Positions 1 through 10,122 are shown, numbered from the stretch's first letter. The stretch: 64,000 nt of DNA from Flavobacteriales bacterium (GCA_964230215.1 CAXRGQ010000006.1:475652-539651), one strand, 5' to 3'. Notes: generated from the sequence alone by a model not told the origin. A program made the numbers and translations.

Positions 1-209
1 AAGTACCCCCTCCTTTAAAGTCTCAAGTTCCTTTTTCGCATTAAGCTTAGCCTTGCTTTGAGCGAATGACTCTGATGCATGGAGTATTATTAAAAGAAGA
101 ATTATGTTGGCTGGAATTCGTAACACTGCCAGATGATACGTAAATAATTCTACTTAGTTACTCCAACTATTTACGTTCTGCACTCACAAATATGCTGTAA
201 TTTTAAGGC

Positions 210-2225
210 ATGGATTTCAAAATTGAGTCGGAGTATAAGCCTACCGGGGATCAACCCAAGGCTATTGACGAGCTTGTAGAAGGTTTAAAAAATGGTGAGG
301 TAGCACAAACCTTACTCGGAGCTACCGGGACAGGGAAGACATTTACTGTGGCGAATGTGGTTGAGCGTGTTCAAAGACCTACCTTGGTTTTATCTCATAA
401 CAAAACACTGGCGGCTCAGTTATATGCCGAATTCAAATCCTTTTTTCCTGAAAACGCGGTCGAGTATTTCGTGTCTTATTACGATTACTATCAACCAGAA
501 GCTTACTTGCCAGTCACAGATACCTTTATCGAGAAAGATTTATCCATCAACGACGAAATAGAAAAACTGAGGCTACGAACCACCTCTGCCCTGTTGTCTG
601 GTCGCAGGGATGTCTTGGTAGTAGCGAGTGTTTCGTGTATCTATGGTATCGGAAATCCGGAGGAGTTTAACAAAGGAATTATCAATATAAAGGTCGGAGA
701 AGAAATTGCTCGCAACCAGTTTTTGAGACGTTTGGTTGAGAATTTATATTCAAGAAGCCACAATGATTTTGAGCGAGGGAATTTCAGAGTTAAAGGAGAC
801 ACCGTTGATATATTTCTAGCCTATGCAGACTATGCTATACGCGTTTATTTTTGGGGTGATGAAATTGAAAAAATCGAATCATTTGACCCTAAACCAGGCG
901 GCGTTAAGTTAGATACGTTTACTGATTACAATATTTTTCCGGCGAATATATTCGTGACATCCCAAGAGACTATCAATAGCGCAATCGGGAAGATTGAGGT
1001 TGATTTGGGGAATAGAATTGAACAATTTGAGAGCGAGAAAAAATTTCTTGAGGCACAGCGTATCAAAGAGCGCGTGTCCATGGATTTGGAAATGATTCGA
1101 GAGCTCGGTTATTGCAGTGGTATAGAGAACTACTCGAGATACTTTGATAAACGACAGCCGGGCACACGACCTTTCTGTTTACTAGATTATTTTCCGGATG
1201 ACTTTTTGCTGGTTGTGGATGAAAGTCACGTGACCCTTCCTCAAATAAAAGCAATGTATGGAGGCGACCGATCTCGTAAAGTGAATTTGGTGGAATATGG
1301 CTTTAGATTACCAGCGGCCATTGACAACAGACCATTGAAGTTCGAGGAATTTATGCAGATTGTTAATCAGCGAATTTATGTCAGTGCTACGCCTGCAGAC
1401 TTTGAATTAGAGGAAAGCGGTGGCGTTGTTGTTGAGCAGATAATACGTCCTACAGGATTACTTGACCCAGAGATTGAAATTCGACCTACTGCCAATCAAA
1501 TTGATGATTTAATGGAGGAAGTGCTCCTTAGAATAGAGAAGAATGAGCGTACATTGGTTACAACTCTCACAAAACGAATGGCAGAAGAGCTATCAAAATA
1601 CCTGATCAAAATGGGTATTAAGACGCGTTATATTCACTCAGAAGTTGATACTTTGGAGCGTGTAGAAATTCTTCAAGAACTGAGAAACGGTCGCTTTGAT
1701 GTACTCGTAGGTGTTAACTTATTGAGAGAGGGATTAGACTTACCGGAAGTAAGTTTTGTGGCAATTTTAGATGCGGATAAGGAAGGATTCTTGCGTTCTG
1801 AAAGAAGTTTAGTTCAAACCGTGGGTCGTGCTGCAAGGAATATCAACGGTAAGGTAATCATGTATGCTGATAAGATGACGGATGCTATGCAACGTACGAT
1901 TGATGAGACAAACAGACGAAGAAGTCTTCAGATGGCGCATAACGAAGATCATGGATTAGAACCGAAACAGATTATCAAAAAACTGAGCAATCCCCTATCA
2001 GAAGTTCGAGGGAAAGAAGATACGTACGAACAAACAAATGGTCCAGCCATTGCAGCCGACCCAGTTATTCAGTATATGAGTATAGATCAAATAGAACGAT
2101 CCATTCTGAACACACAGGACATGATGAAGAAGGCTGCAAAAGATCTCGATTTTATTGAAGCTGCTCGTTTAAGAGACGAGATGTATGCGCTTGAATCACT
2201 ACTCAAACAGAAGAAAGGAAAATAA
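210..2225 (+). CDS. uvrB: Excinuclease ABC subunit B (UvrB)
   Basis: 671-aa ORF. Walker A GATGTGKT, DExH-like VVDESH, helicase motif [11 protein letters not shown] and a C-terminal UVR motif ([14 protein letters not shown]). Confidence 0.97.
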   Translation: MDFKIESEYKPTGDQPKAIDELVEGLKNGEVAQTLLGATGTGKTFTVANVVERVQRPTLVLSHNKTLAAQLYAEFKSFFPENAVEYFVSYYDYYQPEAYLPVTDTFIEKDLSINDEIEKLRLRTTSALLSGRRDVLVVASVSCIYGIGNPEEFNKGIINIKVGEEIARNQFLRRLVENLYSRSHNDFERGNFRVKGDTVDIFLAYADYAIRVYFWGDEIEKIESFDPKPGGVKLDTFTDYNIFPANIFVTSQETINSAIGKIEVDLGNRIEQFESEKKFLEAQRIKERVSMDLEMIRELGYCSGIENYSRYFDKRQPGTRPFCLLDYFPDDFLLVVDESHVTLPQIKAMYGGDRSRKVNLVEYGFRLPAAIDNRPLKFEEFMQIVNQRIYVSATPADFELEESGGVVVEQIIRPTGLLDPEIEIRPTANQIDDLMEEVLLRIEKNERTLVTTLTKRMAEELSKYLIKMGIKTRYIHSEVDTLERVEILQELRNGRFDVLVGVNLLREGLDLPEVSFVAILDADKEGFLRSERSLVQTVGRAARNINGKVIMYADKMTDAMQRTIDETNRRRSLQMAHNEDHGLEPKQIIKKLSNPLSEVRGKEDTYEQTNGPAIAADPVIQYMSIDQIERSILNTQDMMKKAAKDLDFIEAARLRDEMYALESLLKQKKGK

Positions 2226-2278
2226 TATGTACTTTAGCTTGGCATGATTATTTCGATAATAACAGAAAACGCAGGGAA

Positions 2279-2758
2279 ATGAAAACACAAATTATAGGAT
2301 TAGCTTTAATAGGCATTTTAGGGATGAGCGCTTCATGTAAGTCAAAGAAGGCAGCAAATGATGATTCAAAGAAAACAACTGAGGTGAAAGACGATACAAA
2401 GAAAGTTCAAGAGGTACAGATTGTTGAGAATATTGATCACAAAGGCTGGGACCCAATCGAAATTGAAAAGGCAACAGTAGAGGGCGACATTCTTAAGCTA
2501 AAAGTTAATTACAGTGGAGGTTGTGAAGAGCATAAAATCGAACTGCATGCGACTAAAATGTACAAGAAAAGTTTACCACCACAATTAAGCGTTTTCTTAG
2601 CACATGATGCCAACGGAGACGCATGTAGAAAACTTGAAATGCGTGAGTTGATGTTTAATATAGAAGAAATCGCCTACCCAGGGGGAGGCGAATTAATTCT
2701 TCTTATTAGTGACGGTAAGAGTGACCCGGTGCGTGTTTCATACACCAAAGCCAAATAA
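2279..2758 (+). CDS. Hypothetical lipoprotein
   Basis: 159-aa ORF with a lipoprotein signal peptide (lipobox GMSAS-C) followed by a Lys-rich linker. No family recognised by eye. Confidence 0.6.
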   Translation: MKTQIIGLALIGILGMSASCKSKKAANDDSKKTTEVKDDTKKVQEVQIVENIDHKGWDPIEIEKATVEGDILKLKVNYSGGCEEHKIELHATKMYKKSLPPQLSVFLAHDANGDACRKLEMRELMFNIEEIAYPGGGELILLISDGKSDPVRVSYTKAK

Positions 2759-3214
2759 TTAGTTGATTACGTAGGCGGTTTGACGCTTAACTTCATCCAA
2801 AACAAAAGACACATCAATTGAATTAATATTCTCAATTGCCGATATTTTTTCGGTGATAAATCGAGCGTATTCATCCATGTCTCGTAATGCGATTTTTATA
2901 ACGTAATCAGCATTCCCAGCTATTTGATAACACTCCATTACCTCATTAAGACGCGATACACTGTTCTTAAAGTTTAATAGGTGACCTTTCGAATGCTTGT
3001 CCAGTTTTACACTGAGATATGCAATTAGATTTCGGTCCACTTTTTTGTTATCTACCAAAGCCACATAGTTCTGAATATAGCCTTGTTTTTCAAGCTTTTT
3101 AACACGCTCAAATACAGGTGTAGTTGATAAACCCATTTCTTTCGCTAACTCCTTATTTGTAACTCTAGCATTCTGCTGAAGGATGTTCAATATCTTCTTG
3201 TCCGTTCTGTCCAT
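2759..3214 (-). CDS. Lrp/AsnC family transcriptional regulator
   Basis: 151 aa. N-terminal HTH (ILNILQQNARVTNKELAKEMGLSTTPVFERVKKLEKQGYI) and a C-terminal RAM-type ligand domain, with the length typical of the family. Confidence 0.9.
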   Translation of the reverse strand: MDRTDKKILNILQQNARVTNKELAKEMGLSTTPVFERVKKLEKQGYIQNYVALVDNKKVDRNLIAYLSVKLDKHSKGHLLNFKNSVSRLNEVMECYQIAGNADYVIKIALRDMDEYARFITEKISAIENINSIDVSFVLDEVKRQTAYVIN

Positions 3215-3340
3215 TGCTTTCTTGTTTATTCAAACATAGAAAGAAGTTCTGCTTCATCAACGCACAGGCAGAATGGGTTTCTAACGATGGATTGTTGAAT
3301 CTAAAGCAATAATTACCTACATCCATGACAAACAAGGCAT

Positions 3341-3940
3341 TTACGGGGTCTTCATTTCGATTAACTTGGTACAAAGCTTACCAAGCACATCCTTTCTATG
3401 GCTAGAGATTAGTACAATCTTTGATTGATTTGCTCGAGTTTGAGTGGTAATAAGCTCACATACCAGACTAATCTGATCATCCCCAATAGCAGAAAAGGGC
3501 TCATCTAACAACAACAAACTCTTATCACTAAATAGGCATGTTAAAATGGCCACCCTCTGTCTTTGTCCCTGCGATAAATTTTTGATTTTCTCCTTCATTA
3601 AAGATTGAATGCCCAAGTCATGGATGGCGTCTTTTCTTGCGTTTGAATCATTTGTAAACAAATCTAACACCTGCTCTACAGACAGATTTTTGGGCAAATA
3701 CGCATCTTGGAACACAATAGCAATGGCTTTCTCCTTTTGATAAGATTGAATTGTCTTACCGTTTATGATTGATTGATTTGGCTCCGCATCTTCCAAGCCT
3801 GCCAGCACCTTTAACACAGTGGTTTTACCAACGCCAGAAGGTCCGTACAAGCCAATCAGACGACTTTGACCGGGATCGCTCTGTAAAACGATTTTGCTCG
3901 TTCTGCTGCGCGAACGATATGTCTTCTGTACATCAATCAT
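3341..3940 (-). CDS. modC: ABC transporter ATP-binding protein, ModC-like (short form without TOBE domain)
   Basis: 199 aa. Walker A GPSGVGKT, signature LSQGQRQRV and Walker B LLLLDEP. It is the last gene of a modA-modB-modC arrangement and overlaps modB by 8 nt. Confidence 0.75.
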   Translation of the reverse strand: MIDVQKTYRSRSRTSKIVLQSDPGQSRLIGLYGPSGVGKTTVLKVLAGLEDAEPNQSIINGKTIQSYQKEKAIAIVFQDAYLPKNLSVEQVLDLFTNDSNARKDAIHDLGIQSLMKEKIKNLSQGQRQRVAILTCLFSDKSLLLLDEPFSAIGDDQISLVCELITTQTRANQSKIVLISSHRKDVLGKLCTKLIEMKTP

Positions 3941-4586
3941 TGTTTCGGTACTGAATTAGTTTGACGATAACAACGAGTGATACACTCAGGGCAAGTAGAA
4001 TCAGTGCATACATATTAGCAGTGTCATAATCCATTAACATCATACTATCATAAATTGCTACGGATGCTGTACGTGTTTCAGGCATGTTACCGCCTACCAT
4101 AAGTATTACGCCAAAAGCCCCCATTGCGTGCGCAAAGCTCATAATAAAACCACTAAGCATAAATGGTTTGAGGTATGGAAGAAATATGTATTTCACTTTC
4201 TGTTTTAAACTAAAGCTATTGAGTTTAATCAGGTTGAAAGCATTTTCCGGAATGGATTTCCAACCGTCTATTAGTGCGCGTATCATGAAAGGGAAACTAT
4301 AAATAACAGTTGCCAATAGAATTCCACCGAAAGAAAACACGGGCGACCAGCCGAAATTGGATTGAAGAAACTCCCCTAAAGCAGAATTAGGACTTAAATA
4401 ATAGATAATGTAATAGCCAAGCACGGTAGGCGGCAAGATTAGTGGTAAGATGGCGAGAATATCTAAACCTAATCGCATCCATCTACGTCTGCTAGCTAAC
4501 CACACTAATGGCAAACATACGACCAAGAGGATTAGGGCCGTTAAAAATGCTAATTTCAGGCTTATATAGATTGCTGACCACTCCAC
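3933..4586 (-). CDS. modB: Molybdate ABC transporter permease
   Basis: 217-aa polytopic membrane protein with the ModB/CysTW-like motif LPLILPPTVLGYY. It lies between the modA-like and ATPase genes. Confidence 0.85.
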   Translation of the reverse strand: MEWSAIYISLKLAFLTALILLVVCLPLVWLASRRRWMRLGLDILAILPLILPPTVLGYYIIYYLSPNSALGEFLQSNFGWSPVFSFGGILLATVIYSFPFMIRALIDGWKSIPENAFNLIKLNSFSLKQKVKYIFLPYLKPFMLSGFIMSFAHAMGAFGVILMVGGNMPETRTASVAIYDSMMLMDYDTANMYALILLALSVSLVVIVKLIQYRNND

Positions 4587-5342
4587 CTATACAAGATAAT
4601 TATACTTTTTGAGAATTTCTTTGGCTGATGCACTCCTTAAAAACTTTAAAAATGCCTTTGCCTCTTCTGCATGCACAGCGCCATTAATTATTAACGCTGA
4701 CTGCTCTAATTGAAGCTCTTTACCAATAATTGTAACGAAATAATCATCCAGCTTATTCGTCAAAGAATTTGCTGTAAACAATGCATCCCCATTCCCTGCT
4801 AAGTACATGGTATTTGCTTTTGACACATCATCTGCAATCAACAATTTATTGGACACTTTAGTCCAAATACCCACCTCTTCTAAGTATGATTTAGCGGCCA
4901 TTCCGAAAGGTGCTTTCCGCCAATCGGGGATTACTATTGTTCTACATTCATCCGACAGCAAATAATCAACTATTGTAGCCCTATCCAAGTTATATTTTGA
5001 TACCAAAACGACTTGCCCTTTAGCAAATTCCAGTACATCCTGAACTTTCTCCTCTTTAAACAGTTGTCCCGTATAGTCAGGATTCGCAGATATCATAATA
5101 TCTATTGGAGCTCCGTTTTTTACTTGCTGATACAGCAGACCAGTTGCACCGTAACTTAGATTTAGTTTTGTTCCCGTTTCCTTTGTGAAAGCGTCAGCTA
5201 GCTCATCCATGGCAGGTGCAAGATTGGATGCACATGCTATCGTAAGTTCATTATTAGAATGCGAACAAGAGGTTAATGATAGAAGGAAGACAAAAAGGCC
5301 CAATCCATTAGTCACTATGCACGTCATCCAAAATCTGCTCAT
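4587..5342 (-). CDS. modA: Molybdate-binding periplasmic lipoprotein
   Basis: 251 aa. Lipobox LSLTS-C and ModA-like motifs (ASNLAPAMDEL, SYGATGLLYQQVKNGAPIDIMISAN). The true start may be the second Met (5327). Confidence 0.85.
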   Translation of the reverse strand: MSRFWMTCIVTNGLGLFVFLLSLTSCSHSNNELTIACASNLAPAMDELADAFTKETGTKLNLSYGATGLLYQQVKNGAPIDIMISANPDYTGQLFKEEKVQDVLEFAKGQVVLVSKYNLDRATIVDYLLSDECRTIVIPDWRKAPFGMAAKSYLEEVGIWTKVSNKLLIADDVSKANTMYLAGNGDALFTANSLTNKLDDYFVTIIGKELQLEQSALIINGAVHAEEAKAFLKFLRSASAKEILKKYNYLV

Positions 5343-6090
5343 CTCTACTTGGCCATCTTTTTGTCAAATCTAAACCTTTTAGATAATACAGATACCAACC
5401 TAGGGAAAACACTGCAAATGCACTAATTATATGCCATAAGAAATGAGTCCCTTGAGGCATTAAATCTGGAAATGGATTGTCATGCGGATAGTCCAGTGAG
5501 CGGAATATCACAGCCCCTATTAAAAACAGAGCCGTCAAAGCCATTAAATGCCATTTATAAAAATGGGTTCTGTACATTATGATTCCTATTGGAGCTCCAA
5601 GAAGACTTAAACCATTGAGTGTATAAATAAAATTAGCACCCGCGTCCCTGTCTATATGTAGTACACCTGCGTTAGCCAATCCGAAAAATCCAAAAATTAA
5701 TCCAAAAGCAATTGGTATGATTAGTATACCTTTTTTCCAACTCCCCGTAACACGTGTCCAAAAGTAGACACCCAATATAAGCATCATAATCGCTGCGGGC
5801 AATGCATCCAGCATCAGCCAAAAATTACTTGCTCTAAATGCATGATACAATGTAGATCCTAGTCCATTAAGAAACAACAGAGGTAATAGAGCTGTAATAA
5901 TCATGTGCTCTTTATACTGACCACGTAATTTCCACACCCAATAAAACACTGGAACTAAAAAGAAAAGTGATGAAAATGCATTCCATGGTTCTTTTATAAA
6001 CCAATCTGCATGAAACTCATGATAGTTAGGCCCTCTGTCCAAAACAGCTGGATGCCTGTGCAAGAGGGTTGTAATTAGCTCAAATCCCAT
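5308..6090 (-). CDS. Polytopic membrane protein, alkaline-ceramidase-like family
   Basis: 260 aa with about 7 TM segments. Ceramidase-family-like motifs read by eye are EPWNAFSSLFF near the N-terminus and STLYHAF...MLDALP. The assignment is tentative. Confidence 0.5.
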   Translation of the reverse strand: MGFELITTLLHRHPAVLDRGPNYHEFHADWFIKEPWNAFSSLFFLVPVFYWVWKLRGQYKEHMIITALLPLLFLNGLGSTLYHAFRASNFWLMLDALPAAIMMLILGVYFWTRVTGSWKKGILIIPIAFGLIFGFFGLANAGVLHIDRDAGANFIYTLNGLSLLGAPIGIIMYRTHFYKWHLMALTALFLIGAVIFRSLDYPHDNPFPDLMPQGTHFLWHIISAFAVFSLGWYLYYLKGLDLTKRWPSRDEQILDDVHSD

Positions 6091-7400
6091 TAGTCGACTA
6101 CAGTTCCGTACAAATCAAAGTGCTCCGCCTTGTCTATTTTCACATTAGCAAAATCACCAATTCGCACATATTGATCATTTTTCACTCTAATTTCGTTGTC
6201 TACCTCAGGCGAATCGTATTCAGTTCTTCCAATGAAGTATCCATTTTCCATCTTATCAAACAATACTTTAAACGTTTTGTTCACCTTCTCTTGATTCATT
6301 TCAAACGATATGCCCGACTGTAAATCCATTAATGAAGACGCACGAGACTGCTTAATATTGTCTGGAACATCATCTTCAAAATTATAGGCGTGGGTATTTT
6401 CTTCGTGAGAGTAAGTAAAACAGCCCATTCGGTCGAACCTCATCTCCTCCACCCAATCGTACATTTCTTGAAAGTCCTCCTCCGTTTCACCTGGGTAACC
6501 AGCTATTAGTGTTGTACGAATAGCAATCTCTGGAATCTTATCCCTGATATCGTGAATCAACTGCGTTGTTTTTTCACGATTAATGCCCCTTCTCATCGCC
6601 TTTAACATTCTTGACGATCCATGCTGCAATGGGATATCCAAGTAATTACAAATATTATCGCGTTCTTTCATTACGTCTATTACATCCATAGGAAATCCAG
6701 ATGGGTAGGCATAATGAAGGCGAATCCAATCCAATCCATTGACATCTGATAGTTTTCTGAGCAAATCTGCTAGCGTTCGCTTGCCATAAATGTCTAATCC
6801 ATAATAGGTCAAGTCCTGGGCAATCAGAATGAGCTCTTTAGTTCCTTGAGCTACCAAAGACTCGGCATTCTTGATTAATTGCTCTTCTGGGGTAGATTTA
6901 TGTTTTCCACGCATCAAAGGTATCGCACAAAACGAACATGGTCTGTCACAACCTTCAGCAATTTTAAAATAGGAATAATGGGAGGGTGTCGTCAATAAAC
7001 GTTCACCAATTAATTCCTTCTTATAGTCAGCTTTAAGTGTCTTTAATAAACGTGGTAAATCTCTTGTACCGAAATAACCATCAACATTCGGAATTTCCTT
7101 TTCCAAATCTTCTTTATAGCGCTGTGACAGACATCCTGTAACGTAGACTTTATCGACAAGTCCGGCTTCTTTGGCATCTGCAAAATGCAGAATACTGTTG
7201 ATAGATTCCTCTTTTGCGTTGTCAATAAATCCGCAGGTATTAATTATTACAATGGACGAATCTTCAGTCTGACTTTCATGCTCCACCTCATAGTTGTTTG
7301 CCTTGAGCTGAGCCATCATTAATTCCGAATCAAAAATGTTTTTAGAACACCCAAGGGTGACAACATTCACTTTATTTTTCTTTAAGGTTTTAGTCTTCAC
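6090..7400 (-). CDS. rimO: Ribosomal protein S12 methylthiotransferase RimO
   Basis: 436 aa. N-terminal MTTase domain (VNVVTLGCSKN), radical-SAM CxxxCxxC (CDRPCSFC) and a C-terminal TRAM-like domain. Confidence 0.92.
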   Translation of the reverse strand: MKTKTLKKNKVNVVTLGCSKNIFDSELMMAQLKANNYEVEHESQTEDSSIVIINTCGFIDNAKEESINSILHFADAKEAGLVDKVYVTGCLSQRYKEDLEKEIPNVDGYFGTRDLPRLLKTLKADYKKELIGERLLTTPSHYSYFKIAEGCDRPCSFCAIPLMRGKHKSTPEEQLIKNAESLVAQGTKELILIAQDLTYYGLDIYGKRTLADLLRKLSDVNGLDWIRLHYAYPSGFPMDVIDVMKERDNICNYLDIPLQHGSSRMLKAMRRGINREKTTQLIHDIRDKIPEIAIRTTLIAGYPGETEEDFQEMYDWVEEMRFDRMGCFTYSHEENTHAYNFEDDVPDNIKQSRASSLMDLQSGISFEMNQEKVNKTFKVLFDKMENGYFIGRTEYDSPEVDNEIRVKNDQYVRIGDFANVKIDKAEHFDLYGTVVD

Positions 7401-7941
7401 TTCCTGGTATGTAATCGTTAAACATTTGTTCTATAACTTCCTCTGGCAAAACTTGGATGTAGTTGTAGTCATAATAGCCATAAATGCGCTCTAATCTTAT
7501 TCTGCCAACTCTATCTGTTTCCATTAAAACTGACATTGGAAACGGAATGATATACCAATCTTCACCGTTATCACTAGCAAACGCGTAGGGAATAACATCT
7601 CTTCTTTTAAAGAAAATCACTCCTTTGCCAAATCTAAAGTCTGCTAAAGCATATTGTGTCCCATTATGCTCGTATGGTCCATATACTTTAAGAACCTCTT
7701 TTAAAATAATCCGTCTTCCTCTTCTATAATTCACAAAGTTTGCGGCTATTTCTCTTTTAGGAATCGAATCAAATACTGAAGGATATACTAAGTCCAGCAT
7801 TGCATCTACATCCTCATTATTGACGGCCACAACGTAATCTGACATTATATCCTCTAGCTTTCCTTCCAAGGAATCGTCCTTACATGACGTTACTAAAGAT
7901 ATACTAAGAAGTAGCAGCGATATACGTATAAAACGCATCAT
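7390..7941 (-). CDS. Hypothetical lipoprotein
   Basis: 183 aa with lipobox LVTS-C. It is tightly packed between ftsY and rimO, with 4-nt and 11-nt overlaps. Confidence 0.6.
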   Translation of the reverse strand: MMRFIRISLLLLSISLVTSCKDDSLEGKLEDIMSDYVVAVNNEDVDAMLDLVYPSVFDSIPKREIAANFVNYRRGRRIILKEVLKVYGPYEHNGTQYALADFRFGKGVIFFKRRDVIPYAFASDNGEDWYIIPFPMSVLMETDRVGRIRLERIYGYYDYNYIQVLPEEVIEQMFNDYIPGSED

Positions 7942-8891
7942 TTTTTGAAAAGAGAATCTACAAATTCACGTTTATTAAAGACTTGTAAGTCTTCCATGCC
8001 TTCACCTATTCCAATATATTTTACAGGTACTTTTAATTGATCTGAAATTCCAATTACAACGCCACCCTTTGCTGTTCCATCAAGCTTAGTAATAGCTAAG
8101 GCATTGATTTCAGTAGCCAGAGAGAACTGCTTAGCCTGCTCATAGGCATTCTGCCCGGTTGAGCCATCTAAAACTAAAAGAATTTCGTGTGGAGCTTCAG
8201 GTACAACTTTCTGCATTACGCGCTTAATCTTGGTAAGCTCATTCATTAAATTGACCTTATTGTGCAAACGACCCGCCGTATCAACAATCACAACATCTGC
8301 ATTCTTTGCCACAGCAGATTGTAATGTATCGAAAGCTACAGACGCTGGATCAGCGTTCATTCCTTGCTCAATTATAGGAACATCCACTCGCTCACTCCAT
8401 ATTTTCAATTGATCCACAGCAGCTGCTCTAAATGTATCAGAGGCGCCTAAAATCACCGATTTACCTTGTTTTTTGAATTGATAGGCCAGTTTTCCAATAG
8501 TGGTTGTCTTTCCAACACCATTTACCCCCACTACCATAATAACATAAGGACCATTTACTTTTGGCACACTTACTTCAGATAAATCTTCAGTATTATTTTC
8601 CTCTAGTAGAGAAGCTATTTCTTCGCGTAAAATGGAGTCAAGTTCAGAAGTGCCCACATATTTATCGCGAGCAACGCGCTCTTCGATACGTTCAATTATT
8701 TTCAATGTTGTGCTAACACCAACATCTGATGTAACTAGAATTTCTTCAAGATCATCAAGAACTTCATCATCAACCTTTGACTTACCCGCTATCGTACGAC
8801 TAAGTTTTGAGAAGAAACTAGACTTGGTTTTCTCAAGACCTTTATCTAAGTTTTCCTTTTTCTCTTTGTTGAAGAAGCCAAATAATCCCAT
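7938..8891 (-). CDS. ftsY: Signal recognition particle receptor FtsY
   Basis: 317 aa. SRP-GTPase motifs GVNGVGKTTTIGKLA, DTAGR and TKLDG. Confidence 0.95.
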   Translation of the reverse strand: MGLFGFFNKEKKENLDKGLEKTKSSFFSKLSRTIAGKSKVDDEVLDDLEEILVTSDVGVSTTLKIIERIEERVARDKYVGTSELDSILREEIASLLEENNTEDLSEVSVPKVNGPYVIMVVGVNGVGKTTTIGKLAYQFKKQGKSVILGASDTFRAAAVDQLKIWSERVDVPIIEQGMNADPASVAFDTLQSAVAKNADVVIVDTAGRLHNKVNLMNELTKIKRVMQKVVPEAPHEILLVLDGSTGQNAYEQAKQFSLATEINALAITKLDGTAKGGVVIGISDQLKVPVKYIGIGEGMEDLQVFNKREFVDSLFKK

Positions 8892-8911
8892 TTTCCCTGT
8901 TTATAAATGCT

Positions 8912-8953
8912 AAAAAACCCTGACATTATGCTCTCTCTGCATAATCGTCAGGG
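8912..8953 (-). terminator. Rho-independent terminator after the rpmG-DUF4295 genes
   Basis: On the minus strand the sequence reads CCCTGACGATTATGC-AGAGAGA-GCATAATGTCAGGG followed by TTTTTT. This is a 14-15 bp stem (one mismatch) with a U-tract, immediately downstream of the DUF4295 stop codon. Confidence 0.75.
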
Positions 8954-8975
8954 TCAAATATACTTTAAAGAAGTC

Positions 8976-9131
8976 TTATTTCTTCTCGAAAAACTCTTTT
9001 ACTTTATCATTGTGCACCATTTCTTCTTTGAATGTGTATGCACCTGATTTTGGTGATTTAACCATTTTAATACACTTTGTGTACTGCTTACCACCACCTG
9101 TCTGTAAAGTTGCTACCGTCTTCTTAGCCAT
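8976..9131 (-). CDS. DUF4295-family small protein (conserved partner of L33 in Bacteroidota)
   Basis: Not in the supplied ORF track because it is under 60 aa. My own translation is MAKKTVATLQTGGGKQYTKCIKMVKSPKSGAYTFKEEMVHNDKVKEFFEKK, 51 aa. It starts 6 nt downstream of rpmG and is followed by a terminator. Confidence 0.8.
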   Translation of the reverse strand: MAKKTVATLQTGGGKQYTKCIKMVKSPKSGAYTFKEEMVHNDKVKEFFEKK

Positions 9132-9137
9132 AACTTA

Positions 9138-9320
9138 TTATTTTATCTCACGATGAATCGTGTACCTTCTTAGAATTGGGTTGTACTTTCTCAACTCCAT
9201 TCTATCTGGTGTGTTCTTTCTATTCTTTGTTGTAATGTATCTTGAAGTACCTGGTTGACCAGACTCTTTGTGCTCTGTGCACTCCAAAATAACCTGTACT
9301 CTATTTCCTTTCTTTGCCAT
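9138..9320 (-). CDS. rpmG: 50S ribosomal protein L33
   Basis: 60 aa reading [21 protein letters not shown]...[33 protein letters not shown], a typical L33. Confidence 0.95.
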   Translation of the reverse strand: MAKKGNRVQVILECTEHKESGQPGTSRYITTKNRKNTPDRMELRKYNPILRRYTIHREIK

Positions 9321-9342
9321 TGTCTTTTATCTAAACGGAGCG

Positions 9343-9377
9343 CAAAGATAATAATTTGCTTTTAATACAAACAATTT
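9343..9377 (-). promoter_or_regulatory. Candidate Bacteroidota sigma-A promoter for rpmG
   Basis: The minus strand reads TTGTTTG-17 nt-TATCTTTG, which matches the -33 TTTG / -7 TAnnTTTG pattern. It sits about 22 nt upstream of the rpmG ATG. Confidence 0.35.
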
Positions 9378-9439
9378 TGCGCACTTTTTTCTCTGCAAAT
9401 CTACAAGTTCCGTTTGAATCATTCAAGTATCTTTGTTTT

Positions 9440-10084
9440 ATGACCAAGCAAGAGAAAGTTGAATATGTTATTAATGAGTTAGAACGACTTTATCCAGAGA
9501 CGCCTGTCCCTCTAGATCATAAGGACCCGTACACTTTGTTAATAGCGGTATTGCTATCGGCACAATGTACAGATGCGAGGGTTAATCAGATTACCCCAAT
9601 TCTATTTAAACGCGCCGACAATCCCTACGATATGATTAAGCTTGAGGTAGAAGATATACGCGAGATTATTAAACCTTGTGGACTTTCACCGAGAAAATCT
9701 AAAGCAATATATGAACTATCTCACATGATTATCGATAAGCATAATGGCGTTGTGCCAGATAATTTTGAAGATCTTGAAGCCATGCCTGGAGTTGGTCATA
9801 AAACAGCTTCTGTAGTGATGGCACAAGCCTTTAATGTACCAGCATTTCCAGTCGATACACATATTCATCGATTACTATACAAATGGGGATTCACGAACGG
9901 AAAAAATGTGGAGCAAACGGAAAAAGATGCAAAACGGCTCTTTCCGAAAGAAATATGGAATAAGCTTCATCTTCAAATTATCTTTTACGGGCGCGAATAT
10001 TCTCCTGCTCGCAGTCCAAAATATGATGTGGACTTTATAACACGGACTATTGGAAGAAAATCTGAGATTGAGAAATTGAAATGA
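9440..10084 (+). CDS. nth: Endonuclease III-like HhH-GPD DNA glycosylase lacking the Fe-S cluster cysteines
   Basis: HhH-GPD motif with catalytic Lys (MPGVGHKTASVVM) and Asp (PVDTHIHRL). I trimmed the start to the internal ATG at 9440 because the 28-aa upstream extension overlaps the rpmG promoter. There are no Cys residues in the C-terminal 130 aa. Confidence 0.85.
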   Translation: MTKQEKVEYVINELERLYPETPVPLDHKDPYTLLIAVLLSAQCTDARVNQITPILFKRADNPYDMIKLEVEDIREIIKPCGLSPRKSKAIYELSHMIIDKHNGVVPDNFEDLEAMPGVGHKTASVVMAQAFNVPAFPVDTHIHRLLYKWGFTNGKNVEQTEKDAKRLFPKEIWNKLHLQIIFYGREYSPARSPKYDVDFITRTIGRKSEIEKLK

Positions 10085-10122
10085 TTACACTTATTTGATA
10101 CATTTACGCTCCCAAAAGTTAA

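Noticed and set aside
1-209. Possible gene end or small ORF upstream of uvrB.
   Set aside because: No frame on either strand stays open to the window edge for more than a few codons: frame +1 stops at 16-18, and the minus-strand frames contain stops. Nothing can be supported.
355-561. Many 60-130-aa ORFs in the supplied track lie wholly inside, or antisense to, long well-supported genes. Examples are 355-561, 1063-1254, 2292-2474, 3769-3954, 4084-4302, 6120-6323, 8230-8412, 8632-8913, 12092-12385, 17811-18161, 18462-18716, 41718-42086, 42107-42358, 53598-53987, 57936-58196 and 58774-59032.
   Set aside because: They are shadow ORFs of confidently identified genes. They have no recognisable motifs, low-complexity or odd composition, and no independent start or terminator context. 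AT-rich genomes generate such frames by chance.
9356-9439. 28-aa N-terminal extension of the nth-like ORF (MLLIQTILRTFFSANLQVPFESFKYLCF).
   Set aside because: It overlaps the rpmG promoter region and is not part of the HhH-GPD fold. The Met at 9440 gives a normal-length endonuclease III N-terminus.
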